From NCBI RefSeq assembly GCF_009914755.1, contig NC_060939.1: DNA of 64,000 nt; one strand, written 5' to 3'. The position numbers and the translations under genes were made by a program. Of this stretch, positions 1 through 17,979 are shown piece after piece. Origin of the DNA: the human T2T-CHM13v2.0 reference genome, Homo sapiens. The first letter of the stretch is position 1; each line of letters opens with the position of its first letter. The notes beneath the pieces were generated by a model. That model saw only the letters and a list, made by a program, of their open reading frames with translations, was not told the origin of the DNA and ran no database searches.

Positions 1-979
1 CTTTGCTGAAGTTGATTATAAGCTTAAGAGGGTTTTGGGCTGAGACGATGGGGTTTTCTAGATGTAGGATCATGTCATCTACAAACAGGGATAGTGTGAC
101 TTTCTTTCTTCCTATGTGAATGCTTTTTATTTCTTTCTCTTGCCTGATTGCCCTGGCCAGAACTTCCAATACTATGTTGAATAGCAGTGGTGAGAGAGGA
201 TATCCTTGTCTTGTGCCAGTTTTCAAGAGGAAGGCTTCCAGTATTCCCCTTTCAGTATGATATTGGCTGTGGGTTTGTCATATATGGCTCTTATTATTTT
301 GAGGTATGTTCCTTCAATACCAGGGATATTGAATTTTATTGAAAGCTTTTTCTGCATCTATTGAGATAATCGTGTGGTTTTTGTCTTTAGTTCTGTTTAT
401 GTGATGAATCACACTTATTGATTTGCATATGTTGAACCAACATTATATCCTGGGGATGAAGCCTACTTGATCATGGTAGATAAGCCTTTGATATGCTGCT
501 GGATTCAGTTTGTCAGTATTTTGTTGAGGATTTTTGCATCGATGTTCACCAAGGATACTGGCATGAAGTTTTCTTTTTTTGTTTTATTTCTGCCAGGTTT
601 TGGTATCAGGATGATGCTGGCCTCATAGAATGAGTTAGGGAGGAGTCCCTCCTTTCTAATTTTTTGGAATAGTTTCCGTAGAAATGGTACCAGCTCTTCT
701 TTGTACCTCTGGTAGAATTCAGATGTGAATCCATCTGCTCCTGGGCTTTTTTTGGTTCAAAGGCTAATTACTGCCTCAATTTCGGAACTCATTATTGGTC
801 TATTCAGAGATTCAGTTTCTTCCTGGTTGAGTCTTGGGAGGGTGTATGTGTCCAAGAATTTATCCATTTCTTCCAGATTTTCTAGTTTATGTGCATAGAG
901 CTGTTTATAATATTCTCTGATGCTTGTTTGTATTTCTGTGGGGTCAGTGGTAATATTCCCCTTATCATTTCTGATTGTG
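1..979 (-). mobile_element. LINE-1 (older L1PA/L1PB) ORF2 fragment, 5'-truncated, runs off the window
   Basis: Minus-strand ORF 757..987 reads [51 protein letters not shown], typical of L1 ORF2p. Confidence 0.95.
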
Positions 980-3897
<2,918 letters not shown>

Positions 3898-3902
3898 TAT
3901 AT

Positions 3903-4335
3903 GTCACCCTCAATAACAAATAGAGAGAGGCTCTCTAAAAGAAAAGATACTTATCTGGGGACAGAGCATTGCAATGGGACTATGCATGCCATAGTAAACT
4001 ATGTGTGTATTCAGGGAGGTAAAGAAAAGATAAAGGTTTTTAAAGGAAAACATTAGGACTACATAGTTGTTTTTAAATAATTTTCCTTGGTTACAAAGAT
4101 CAATAACAAGGTGACACCAGTCCAAGGTTGGATAGGCAAGTGTTGGGTAGATGGCCTTGTAGAAGTATTTTTTGTATAAGGTGGTAATGACCTTTGTGTA
4201 AGGCTGTGGTTTTTGTAGAATCTTTTCGTTATCAGGCATATAAGTGTGAGAACCCTCTCTTTATGGTCTTTCCCAGCTCTATTTGTCAGAATTATCTTAA
4301 CATTAGTGACTCTGTTTTAATTCTGACAATTTTCA
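3903..4335 (-). mobile_element. 5' LTR of that ERV (MER67-like)
   Basis: Minus strand begins TGAAAATTGTCAGAATTAAAACAGAGTCAC and ends in CA next to the PBS. Confidence 0.65.
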
Positions 4336-4917
4336 TACATGAAAAATTTCTCTGTAGCATGTGATGATGTTTGATAGCATTTCACCCATGGTAGAACTTC
4401 TTCCGAAATTGGAGTCAATCCTCTCAAACCCTGCCGCTGCCTTATCGAATAAGTTTATGTAATAGTCTAAATCCTTTGTTGTCATTTCAGCAGTGTTATA
4501 GTATCTTCACCAGGAGTAGATTCCACCTCCAGAAACCACTTTACTTGTTCATTCATAAGCAGCAACTCCTCCTCAAGACTGCAGCTCCATTTTTAATTCT
4601 TCCCAAGAGTGATCTTTTTCAGATTCCACTTCTTCAGGCTCCATTTTTAATTCTAGTTTTCTTGTTATATCCGTGACATCTGCAATTACCTCCTCCATTA
4701 AAATATGGAACTCCTCAAAGTCATCCATGAGGATTGAAATCAATTTCTTCCAAACTCTCATTAATGTTGATATTTTGACCTCCTCCCATGAATCACAAAT
4801 GTTCTTAATGGCATCTAGAATGGCAAATCCTTTCCAGAAAGTTTTCAATTTACTTCACCCAGATTCATCAGAGAAATCACTATCTTTGGCAGCTATGGCC
4901 TTAAAAATGTATTTATT

Positions 4918-5064
4918 GGCTGGGTGTGGTGGTTTATGCCTGTAATCCCAGCACTTTGGCAGGAGAATCGCTTGAACCCAGGAGGCAGAGGTGAGCCAAG
5001 ATCACGCCACTGCACTCCAGCCTGGACAACACAGCAGGACTCTGTCTCGAGAAAAAAAAAAAAA
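4918..5064 (+). mobile_element. Alu with an internal deletion (left-arm start fused to right-arm end)
   Basis: ggctgggtgtggtgg...gcactttgg joined directly to caggagaatcgcttgaaccc...polyA. Confidence 0.85.
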
Positions 5065-5387
5065 GCATTTCTTAAATAATAAGACTTGAAAGTTGAAATT
5101 ACTTCTTGATCCATGGGCTGCAGAATGGATATTATGTTAGCAATCATGAAAACAATATTAATTTCCTTGTACATCTCCATCAGAGCTCTTGGGTGACTAG
5201 GTGCATTGTCAATAAACAGTAATATTTTGAAAGAAATCTTTTTTTTTTTCTAAGCAGTAGATCTCAACAGTGGGCTTAAAATAGTCAGTGAACAAAGCTG
5301 CAAACAGATGTGCTGTCATCCAGGCTTTCTTCTTCCAGTTATGGAGCACAGGAAAAGTAGATTTAGCATAATTCTTAAGGGACCTAG

Positions 5388-5744
5388 TGTATTATTTTGT
5401 TTTCATGCTGCTGATAAAGACATCCTGAGACTGGGTGATTTATGAAGAAAAAGAGGTTAATAGACTCATTTCCACATGGCTGGGGAGGCCTCACAATCAC
5501 GGTGGAAGGTGAAAGGCACATCTCACATGGTGGCAGACAAGAGAGAAAAGAGCTAAATTAAAGGGGAAACCTCTTAAAAAACCATCAGATCTCATGAGAC
5601 TTATTCACTACCACGAGAACAGTATGGGGAAAACCACCCCCATGATTCAAATATCTGCCACTGGGTCCCTCCCACAACATGTGGGAATTATGGGAGCTAC
5701 AATTTGAGATGAGATTTGGGTGGTGACACAGCCAAACCATATCA
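5388..5744 (-). mobile_element. THE1/MST (MaLR) solo LTR
   Basis: tgtatt...aaccatatca termini; 5-bp TSD cctag at 5383-5387 and 5745-5749. Confidence 0.9.
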
Positions 5745-6446
5745 CCTAGGATTTTCAGAATAATAAATGAGCATGGGGTGCATTAGCCACTAACAAGATA
5801 CTCATCCTGTTCTCTGAAGCTTTGAAGGCAAGCATTAACTTTTTCCTCTATGAAAGTCCTAGATGACATCTTCTAATGTAAGGCTTTTTTGCCTACATTG
5901 AAAATCAGGCATTAACTTTTTTCTCTGTGAAAGTCCTAGATGACATCTTCTAATGTAAGGCTTTTTTTTTTTTTTTGCCTATATTGAAAATCTGTTGTTT
6001 AGTGCAGCCACCTACATCAATGATCTTAGCCAGATCCTCTGGATAACTTGGTGCAGCCTTTACATCAGAACTTACTGCTTCACTTTGCAGTTTTATGTTA
6101 TGAAGATGGCTTTTTCCTTAAACCTTCTCTCAGTCTTTATAGACTTGAAAAGAATTAGAGCCTTGTTCTGGATTAGGCTTTGGCTCAAGGGAATGTGGTG
6201 GCTCGTCTGACCTTTTATCTAGACCAGTAAAACTTTTTTCATATCAGAAACAGGCTGTTTTACTTTCTTATCATTTGTGTTTTCATTGGAATAGCACTTT
6301 TAATTTCCTTCAAGAACTTCTCCTTTGCATTCACAACTTAGCTAACTGCTTTATGCAAGAGGCCCAGCTTTCAGCCTATCTTGGCTTTTGACATGTTTTC
6401 CTCACTCAGTTTAATCATATCTAGCTTTTTATTTAAGAGACAGACT

Positions 6447-6783
<337 letters not shown>

Positions 6784-7228
6784 TTAGTGGCCATTTTAGG
6801 GTTATTAATTGTCCTAATTTATATATTGTTGTGTCTCAGGGACTGGGAAGGCCTGAGGAGAGGGAGAGAGATGGGGACATGGCTGGTAGGTGGAGCAGTC
6901 AGAACACCTAACATTTATTGATTGGATTTGCTATCTTATATGCCCATGGTTCATGGTGCCCCAAACAACTACAATGGCAACATCAAAAATCACTGATCAC
7001 AGATCACCATAATAGATATAATAATAAGGAAGTTTGAAATATCTTGAGCATTACCAAAATGTGACACAGAGACGTGAAGTGAGCGTATGCTGTTGGAAAA
7101 ATGGCTCCAACACACTTGCCTGATGCAGGCTTGCCAAAAACCTTCAATTTGTAAAAAAAAAAAAAAAAAAGAATCAATATCTGCAAAGTGCAATAAAGTG
7201 AATTGCAATAAAATGATGTATTCCTGTA

Positions 7229-8700
<1,472 letters not shown>

Positions 8701-9189
8701 TGACCCAATCATTAGAACCTTGTTAAAAATGTAGAGACTAGAGCTGCTTTGTTTTATTCTTGATTTTATGAGGAATATGAAAAATACTTAAAAGGAAAAA
8801 CAAACAAACATGACTTTGGAGTCGGAAAGTTTGGACTGAGTCCTTTCTTTGAGCAACTTTTAGCAGTTTGAATTTAGACTGCTAGCTTCTTTGAGTCTCA
8901 GTTTCTGAATTTATCAAATGCAGTTAGTGGTATACTATCTGATCTAACTGCTTTGTCCTATGTGTCCTTCAGAAGTATCCTCGAATGTGGTGATATATTG
9001 ACAGAGCTGGTGGATTCATCAGAATGTGGGAATGTTCCTATTTTTATTCTACACTTCAGCCTGCCAGTTCAAATCCTTCCCAGTTCAGCTCCAAAGCAGC
9101 CCCTCTCCCATCACTCAAAGGCCATCCAATTCCCATTCTCACAGTTCCTCAAGACAGAAAGGATCCTTCAACTCCATGGCCCTTCATCA

Positions 9190-9191
<2 letters not shown>

Positions 9192-9237
<46 letters not shown>

Positions 9238-9355
9238 ATTGGAGATGGGGTCTCACTATGTTGCCCAGGCTGGTCTAGAACTCCTGGGCTCAAGTGATCC
9301 TCCTGCCTCGGCTTCCCAAAGTGCTGGATTATAGGCTTGAGCCACCACGCCAGCC
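9192..9355 (-). repeat. (TA)n microsatellite in the tail of a FLAM/AluJ monomer
   Basis: (AT)n run, then polyT and an Alu monomer in reverse complement. Confidence 0.85.
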
Positions 9356-9893
9356 CATCAGCACATCTTTAATTGCATTTTTCCACAGTCTTCCTTAAGT
9401 AATTCGTTTTCATGAACTATCTTTTCTTTTAGACTGGGTTTGCTGAAGGGAGCGGAGGCTCCTGTCTTCCATTTCAGTCATGTCTTACTAGACACTAAAT
9501 AGAGGTAAATTACTGAATGCATTCAATCTGCATCAAGCCTCCGGTAGTCCTACAGTAACTGGTATCCCTCCCCTCCCCAGAAAATAATATTTTGTTTTAT
9601 TAATGCTGGCTACAGCAGAGTCTGGTTTTCTTAAGAGTTCCTGCAAATCACAGGTTCGTCCTTTAACTTTGAGACCCAGGGAAGGAGGGAGCAAGGGAGG
9701 GAGGGAGGGAGGATGCTGTCAAGTCCGCAAAAATATGGACAACCTCAGAAACCTATAAACAGAAATATACTAACATGGTATATTTCTTACTTTTAAGGCC
9801 CTGAAATTATTAATTTTCCTTTCTTCTTTCTATGCGATTTTGGTTTCCAAATGTCTACATTGAGCAGGTATTGTTTTATGATTAGGGCGAAAT

Positions 9894-9919
9894 TGCTGCT
9901 GCTGCTGCTGCTGCTGCTG
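9894..9919. repeat. (CTG)8-9 trinucleotide repeat
   Basis: tgctgctgctgctgctgctgctgctg seen directly. Confidence 0.95.
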
Positions 9920-10079
9920 ATTACAAAAAATAGGCTGCAAGCAAGCCGTGCTTCCATTTAAAAGCTCCTCTTTGTTGCCTCGACAAGCAAGGGGTACTCG
10001 ATAGCACTTTTCGGTTAGATTCTAATAGAAAGAAAGCTTTAAATTTCTCTCTCGGAAGCACTTTGTCAGCCAGGGTTTT

Positions 10080-10322
10080 CCCTCTCGCCCACCCTGCAGT
10101 TAAGGAAATCTAAGAGGTGGAAGTGGGGCGGGCTGGAGGGCCACAGACAGCCGCTGACCCAGACGCCCCATCTCCCGCCCCAGGGCGAGGCTGCGCGCTG
10201 TCGCTTATTGGCCAGCAGGGTCCCAGACCTTGACCAATCGCCTGGGGCCGGGTCGTCATGGCGACGCGCCACGCTAACGCATGGTGTCGGAGGGAGGCCC
10301 ACTTGCTGAACAGCAGGGAGCG
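10080..10322 (+). promoter_or_regulatory. CFAP161: CFAP161 CpG-rich promoter / 5' UTR: GC box, two CCAAT boxes, RFX X-box
   Basis: GGGGCGGG 10125-10132, ATTGG 10207-10211, CCAAT 10234-10238, GTCGTCATGGCGAC 10252-10265; locally high CpG density. Confidence 0.8.
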
Positions 10323-10391
10323 ATGGCGCAGAACGTGTATGGTCCGGGAGTCCGGATAGGCAACTGGAATGAGGATGTCTACCTGGAGGAG
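10323..10391 (+). CDS. CFAP161: CFAP161 coding exon 1 (MAQNVYGPGVRIGNWNEDVYLEE)
   Basis: ATG in gcgATGg context within a CpG-rich region. 69 nt, donor GAG|gtacgc. Splices in frame with six downstream exons to 301 aa. GNWNED motif and the whole protein recognised. Confidence 0.95.
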
Positions 10392-11262
10392 GTACGCAGG
10401 GTGTGGCCAGGCGCAGACCCGCAGCTCAGGAACTCCCAGACCCTGCTCTAAGTTCAGTCTCCTACTTTGAGCGCCTCAAGCCTCCTCTCTCTCCCAGCAT
10501 ACAGCGAATACCTCTAAAATCCCCCACTTCTCTAAACTCCCAAGGAATCTCACCTGCCGAACTGCAAACCCAGGTCTCACTGACCTCTACTCCGAGCACC
10601 CTGACTTTTCTTTCTCTGGGTCCCTTGGCCTCCCAAAGTCAGATGCCTTGACTCTCAAGCCCCTGGCCTGTGTCTCCCGCTTAGTCTAGAGCCCCACTAA
10701 GTCCCCCGTATTCCTTAGAGTCTTACAGTCTCAGGCTGCGGGCCAGGTGAGGACACAGGTTCTAGGTAGAAATAATATCCCTCCCCACTCCAACCCTGCC
10801 ACGCTTGCCCTCTTAAATGACCCTGAGTATTCCTTTTATTGACGTTGTACTCACTCACTGCCTCGTATTCTCCCAAGGGTGGTCTTAACAAGGCTTTGAG
10901 CCATTCGTATACGGGTCAGATTGGGGAGGGGTGAACTTTCTAGTGTCAGTCATCATACAGTCAAGGGAAACCCCAGCAGGGGAGACATGGCCTCCAAATG
11001 TCATTTAGGATGGTATCTGGCTGGAGTAATTACTGGTGATGTTTCTTTTTCTTTGTTTTGCCTTTCTCATTTTTCTAAACATTCTATAATGTAGTAAAAA
11101 TATTAAAGTAGTGCTAAAAACGTTCCATCATTCCAATTATGCTCACATCTCTTTTTTTGTACTCAAATTTTGCTTTTTCAACTTGGAAGAGCTTCTGACC
11201 TAAAAGTTATTAATACTAACATCTATATTATTCAGGGCTACTTTTGTTGATTTTCTGTTTAG

Positions 11263-11352
11263 GAGCTCATGAAAGACTTCTTAGAGAAGAGAGACAAGGG
11301 GAAACTTCTCATACAGAGAAGTAGAAGACTAAAACAGAATCTCTTGAGACCG
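11263..11352 (+). CDS. CFAP161: CFAP161 coding exon 2 (ELMKDFLEKRDKGKLLIQRSRRLKQNLLRP)
   Basis: Acceptor ttttctgtttag|GAG, donor CCG|gtaact, 90 nt, phase 0-0. Confidence 0.95.
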
Positions 11353-11360
11353 GTAACTTT

Positions 11361-11979
11361 TTTTTTTTTTATTACACTTTAAGTTTTAGGGTACATGTGC
11401 ACAACGTGCAGGTTTGTTACATATGTATACATATGCTATGTTGGTGTGCTGCACCCATTAACTCGTCATTTAACATTAGGTATATCTCCTAATGCTATCC
11501 CTCTCCCCTCCCCCCACCCCACAACAGGCCCCAGTGTGCGATGTTCCCCTTCCTGTGTCCATGTGTTCTCCATTGTTCAATTCCCACCTATGAGTGAGAA
11601 TATGCGGTGTTTGGTTTTCTGTCCCTGCGATAGTTTGCTCAGAATGATGGTTTCCAGCTTCATCCATGTCCCTACAAAGGACATGAACTCATCATTTTTT
11701 ATGGCTGCATAGTATTCCATGGTGTATATGTGCCACATTTTCTTAATCCAGTCTATCGTTGTTGGACATTTAGGTTGGTTCCAAGTCTTTGCTATTGTGA
11801 ATAGTGCCACAGTTGGTGGGACTGTAAACTAGTTCAACCATTGTGGAAGTCAGTGTGGCAATTCCTCAGGGATCTAGAACTAGAAATACCATTTGACCCA
11901 GACATCCCATTACTGGGTATATACCCAAAGGATTATAAAACATGCTGCTATAAAGACACATGCACACGTATGTTTATTG
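11361..11979 (-). mobile_element. Young L1PA (L1PA3-like) 3' fragment with 5' inversion (twin priming), in CFAP161 intron 2
   Basis: PolyT plus antisense L1 3' UTR/ORF2 end up to about 11811, then sense L1 11812-11979. 17-bp TSD ttgagaccggtaacttt at 11344-11360 and 11977-11993. Confidence 0.93.
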
Positions 11980-12508
11980 AGACCGGTAACTTTAAATTCA
12001 GACATTGTTTTCAAAATTCTGTTGAACTTGGTGTGAGTATATGTTAAGCAAGAAAAAAATTTCATAACTGAGTTACCATTTGGAAAATAACAGTTTTTAA
12101 AAACAATTTGCAATGTTTTAAATTCTTCTAAGATTTTAGAAACATAAACAGTCTGCCCTAAATCATGTTTACCTGCATTTTACAAATAAAGAAATAAATG
12201 AGTTAATATGTAAATAAGTAAAATGCCCCTTAGTTGGTAATCGACAAATTTTTCAATGAATGTTGAATTTCTAGGATAATGAGTAAATCCATGTGATTTT
12301 AACCAGCTTTATTCGACTTCATTTGGAATTATTGGGAGCTTTGCCTTGGCAAAGGGGAAGGGAAAGGAAGAAGGAACTAAGGGTTCGAGGGAATCCAAGT
12401 GAAATCCTGAATGAAATGGGTACTAGTCCGAGAAGGAAGAAAATTGCCTTGGCAGTAACTGTTGAGGAATTGCATGGTTTATGTAATAAACTACTATCAA
12501 AATTGTAG

Positions 12509-12741
12509 ATGCAACTTTCCGTAACTGAAGATGGCTATATTCATTACGGTGACAAAGTGATGCTTGTGAATCCTGATGATCCTGACACAGAAGCTGATGT
12601 GTTTCTGCGTGGGGACCTGAGCCTGTGTATGACTCCAGATGAAATTCAGTCCCATCTGAAAGACGAATTAGAGGTACCCTGTGGCCTGAGCGCAGTTCAA
12701 GCCAAGACCCCAATTGGCAGAAACACTTTTATCATTTTGAG
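12509..12741 (+). CDS. CFAP161: CFAP161 coding exon 3 (MQLSVTEDGYIHYGDKV...GRNTFIIL)
   Basis: Acceptor aattgtag|ATG, donor AG|gtaaag, 233 nt; matches ORF 12509..12745. Confidence 0.95.
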
Positions 12742-13308
12742 GTAAAGAGACTTTAATTTTCAGTTCATTTTCATCATAAATATGTTTCACTTGTAGCTTA
12801 AAGATTCCTGGGTATTGGAGCCACTGAGTGGAGGGAAAGGTTTTGTGAACATTTTTCGTGATTTTCATCTTGCTTTGCTTACCTTGAGAATTATTGTCAA
12901 AGGAACTTTACAATCCCTTTTTACCTTAGACAGCAGGATAATTGTGTTCAATTCAAAATGCTTAAATCATGAGTATAGGATCCAGGGAATTAAATCCATA
13001 TTCTGCCTGGAAGCAAAGTAGGTTTTCCCTATAACATTTTGGAACTTTTTGAGCTCATTTGAGTGTTTTCATTGTTCTTAATACGGCTATTTTTTTTTTT
13101 TTTACAATAAAAACGTGTAGTTTAATACAATGTGGCACTAGATGGGATTTTCTCTTTTAAAATTAACTGTCCATTAAAAATGTATTTGAAGAGATTTTGA
13201 AAATGAACAATTAAATCCTTAGAGAAGAAATAGATACATGATCACAATTAAAAACTATTACTAATTCGTATGACAGCAATGTAAGCATTGCAAGAATATA
13301 TGGACCCA

Positions 13309-13653
<345 letters not shown>

Positions 13654-14046
13654 TCACAACCTCTGTTATCCTGAAGGATTAAGAGGGAACCGTATTAAAT
13701 GTCTACAAATGTGTTACCTTGGTTCTCTCTGAACATGTCAATGCACTTGACCAGAATTCCTTAGTATACATTAGCAAGATGTGCTTAGTTTACTCTAACC
13801 AGAGGCTCACAAAGTGGGGATGCTTTGTGTGCTAGCTATGGTGCAGGGCAGGGAGTAGGGTGCTAGCTGGATTTTAAGACCAAAAGAAAACACCTTTTAT
13901 TTAATTACCTAATTCAGTTACAGTATGTGAATATAAATTATCAAAAAACTGATTATAAACAAAATTGCATGCATAAAAAATAGAGTCATAGAATGATTCT
14001 AATACAGAGAGTTTACATTTACATTATACTTATTGTCCACTGACAG

Positions 14047-14131
14047 TGTACACAGAGATGCCACTGGTCAAGTCCTTAGATATGGGCAGGACTTTTGCCT
14101 GGGGATAACAGGAGGATTTGACAACAAAATG
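14047..14131 (+). CDS. CFAP161: CFAP161 coding exon 4 (SVHRDATGQVLRYGQDFCLGITGGFDNKM)
   Basis: Acceptor tgacag|T, donor ATG|gtgagt, 85 nt; completes the split Ser codon from exon 3. Confidence 0.95.
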
Positions 14132-15016
14132 GTGAGTTATCACTTTGCATATCTACTTTGGATCAGTCATTTCTGTTGCCCAAAATGGGATCATAACTAT
14201 CTACTGAAGTGGACAGAGAACTCCAGAGTCATGGGCTCCACCTCTGACTTCACTATGGTGTCAGCTTGCAGCTTTTCACAGGCAGTTTTGGGCCAAGCCA
14301 GTCTTTCCTTTTAACTTCCCAAATTACAAAAACTACACCCTTAAAACCTAAACAGTAAGGGAGGAAAACCATTTCACAATGCAGCTGGCAAAAAGCAAAA
14401 GTTTATACCACTTCCACCTGTAAATTAAATGATTGAATTCATTAATAACCATCTGATACCTGTCAAATGTTGCCAATGCTAGCAAGGCATATTATCTGAC
14501 AACTTTTTTATTTAAACTTTTGATGATCAGACTTTTGCTTAGTATGGGAGTAGGGACAATATGAGATGCTTAAATTTGCATAAATCAGGGAGCCTTGGGG
14601 ATTAGGAAGTATAATAGAACCAGATAGATTTGGGTTTGAATTTCAGGTGCGTACCTATGGGATGGGAATTTGGGTAAGTTATTTAATGCTTTTTGAGCCT
14701 GTTTCTCATCCATAAGATGGTGAGTATTAATCTACCTTACTACATGCCAGGCAGTGTTGTAAATGCTTCACATATTTCAACTCTCCTAATCCCCCAAACT
14801 TGCCTTTGAGGTAGGGACTATTTTACCTTTAATTTACTGATGGAAAAACTGAGGCACCAAGAGGTTAAGTGATTTCTGACTCAAGTCACTCAGTTAGCAA
14901 GTAGCAGAGCTAGTACTATATCACATTTTTTATTGAATTAAAAATCCATTTACTATATGATGTAGCGTTATTATTATTATTATTTTTGATACCACTAAGA
15001 AAACACAATGCTGCCT

Positions 15017-15330
15017 GCTGGGTGCAGCGGCTCATGCCTGTAATCTCAGCACTTTGGGAGACCAAGGCAAGAGGATCACTTGAGGCCAGGAGTTGTAGAC
15101 CAGCTTTGGCAACATAGCGAGACCTCATCTCAACTAAAAATTTTAAAAAAATTGGCCAGGTATGGTGACGCGCTCCTGTAGTCCCACATACTCATGAGGC
15201 TGAGGTGGGAGGATTGCTTAAGCCGGAAGGTAGAAACTGTAGAGTTTGCACCACTGTACTCCAGCCTGGGTGACAGAAAGAGACCCTGTGTCAAAAAATA
15301 AAAATAAAAATAAAAAATAAAAAGAAGAAG
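15017..15330 (+). mobile_element. AluJ element
   Basis: Diverged Alu dimer with A-rich tail. Confidence 0.85.
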
Positions 15331-16550
15331 AAACGATGCTACCAATTAAACTTTGACACCCCACAGATGGTAAGTTGCAGCCTGATAAATATTGACTTAC
15401 TGAAAAAAGGGAGTAAATTACCATTTCTTAACCAGAGATTAGCACCATTAACATTTTGGTTTATTTTTACTTTCCTGTGTATTTTTTTAAAACTTAGATA
15501 AATATACAGATAGGTTATTCTTTCTAAAATAGCATTTTTAAAGCTTTTTAAAATGACGAAATCATTTAATGAGAGCATAAGATATAATTGTGTGGCGGTA
15601 TCATAATTTACCTAGTCTTTCTTCTACTTTTGGGCAGTTGGGTTTGGTCCAATATTTCTCTTTTATATGTAAAGTTCCAGTGTGCATTTGTGTATAAATG
15701 CTTAAATCTTCCCCTCTCAAACTTCAAATTAGGAATTCTACCTTTAGGATAGATTTTTGGGCAATGAATTACTAAGTCAAAGAATATGAACACATTTAAA
15801 AGTATTGATACATATAAAGAGTTCTTTTTGTAATGGGGTGTACCAATTTGCACTCTCAGCAACAGTAAGAATGATCATATACTGCTTCATTAATTGTATT
15901 AAATATCATAATTTAAAACTTTGCTAATTTGACAAGCAAACAAAATGAAAAGAAAAAATGATATGTAAATGTTGTACTACTTGTAATTTCTCCTATATTT
16001 TAAGTTTGTTCTCTTTCCCTTATCTCTTCCTTTCTCTCTCGCTTCTTTTTTCTTTCTCCCTCCCTCTCCTCTCTCCTGCAAATCATCCGTTTTTTGCCTT
16101 TGTGTTGATTTGGGTTTATATACCATTGATTACTAAATTTTGTCATATGTGTTGCTAATATTTCCATTTGCTGCTTGGCTTTTAAATTGTAGTTGTTCTA
16201 ATATTATATTTTTGAGTAAAATGTAATTCCTTCCATTGCTTTTATGTTTTTAAGACTGCTTCAGAGATCTGATAAAAAGAAAAACTAGAATTAGCTTCTA
16301 GATGTTTGCAATTTGACTTTTGCTTACATTTATTATTTAATCAACTTGGGATTTATTTTGATAAAGGGTTTTATGTGAACATCTCATTTTGTCCCAGATG
16401 ACTGGTCAGTTATATCTATTATCCCTTGAATGATTATTCCTTTCTCTACAGGTGCATGACATTTCCCTTAGCATATATTAAATTACTGTATATACTACCC
16501 TGTGCTTCTGAGCTTTCTATTTTGATCCATTAAACCCTAGTTGTCTATTT

Positions 16551-16901
<351 letters not shown>

Positions 16902-17642
16902 TAGGACTATAGTGTCTTAATTATTAGAGCTTTATGATAGGGCTCATAGCCCTGTGACCTTGACAGCTCATAGGGCTAGTTGCCTCTCATTACACTTCTT
17001 TGTCTGAATTATGTTAGGAATTAATTTCTCAGTTAAATATAATGGTTATTTTTTTCAAGTCCTTCTGCCCCTGTGGGGAAAAGATTACTTGGTATTATAT
17101 TTTGATTGGCATTGTAAAATTAAGTAAATTCACATATTTAGTAACTTTGCCATATTTATTCTTCTGAGATGTCTCTCCATTTATTCTGTCAGCAAAATTT
17201 TCTATCACCCAGTAAGATTTTGTGGTTTTCTTTACATGGACTTGACAATGATTTTGTTAAGGGTTTTTCCTTGGTATCTTGTATTTTCAGATGCTATTGT
17301 AGAGAGGTCCTTTTGATAGAATAAGGATAGAACATTTGATAGAATAAAGGATAATTTCTCTTATAAAAATATAAGAAGGCTATTGATTTTTATATTCACC
17401 TTTGATGAGATCACTTACTCTTATTAATTCTATAGTTTTTTCAGTTGATTTTTTTATGTTTTCTGGGAAGACAGTCATTTAATCTTCAAATGATGACAAT
17501 TTTCTCTCTTCCTCAATTCTTATACCTCGAATTTTGGTTTCTTGTCTTTGAATTAGCAAACCCTTCTGGGGCATTCATAGAAGCGTTGGTGAAATAGTGG
17601 CCTACTGGGTTAGTTCCTGATTTTATTATGGTTTTACTTTAG

Positions 17643-17979
<337 letters not shown>

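Noticed and set aside
4573-5180. Transposase-like ORFs as a possible domesticated gene
   Set aside because: Fragmented Tigger1 interrupted by Alu and THE1 insertions with frameshifts.
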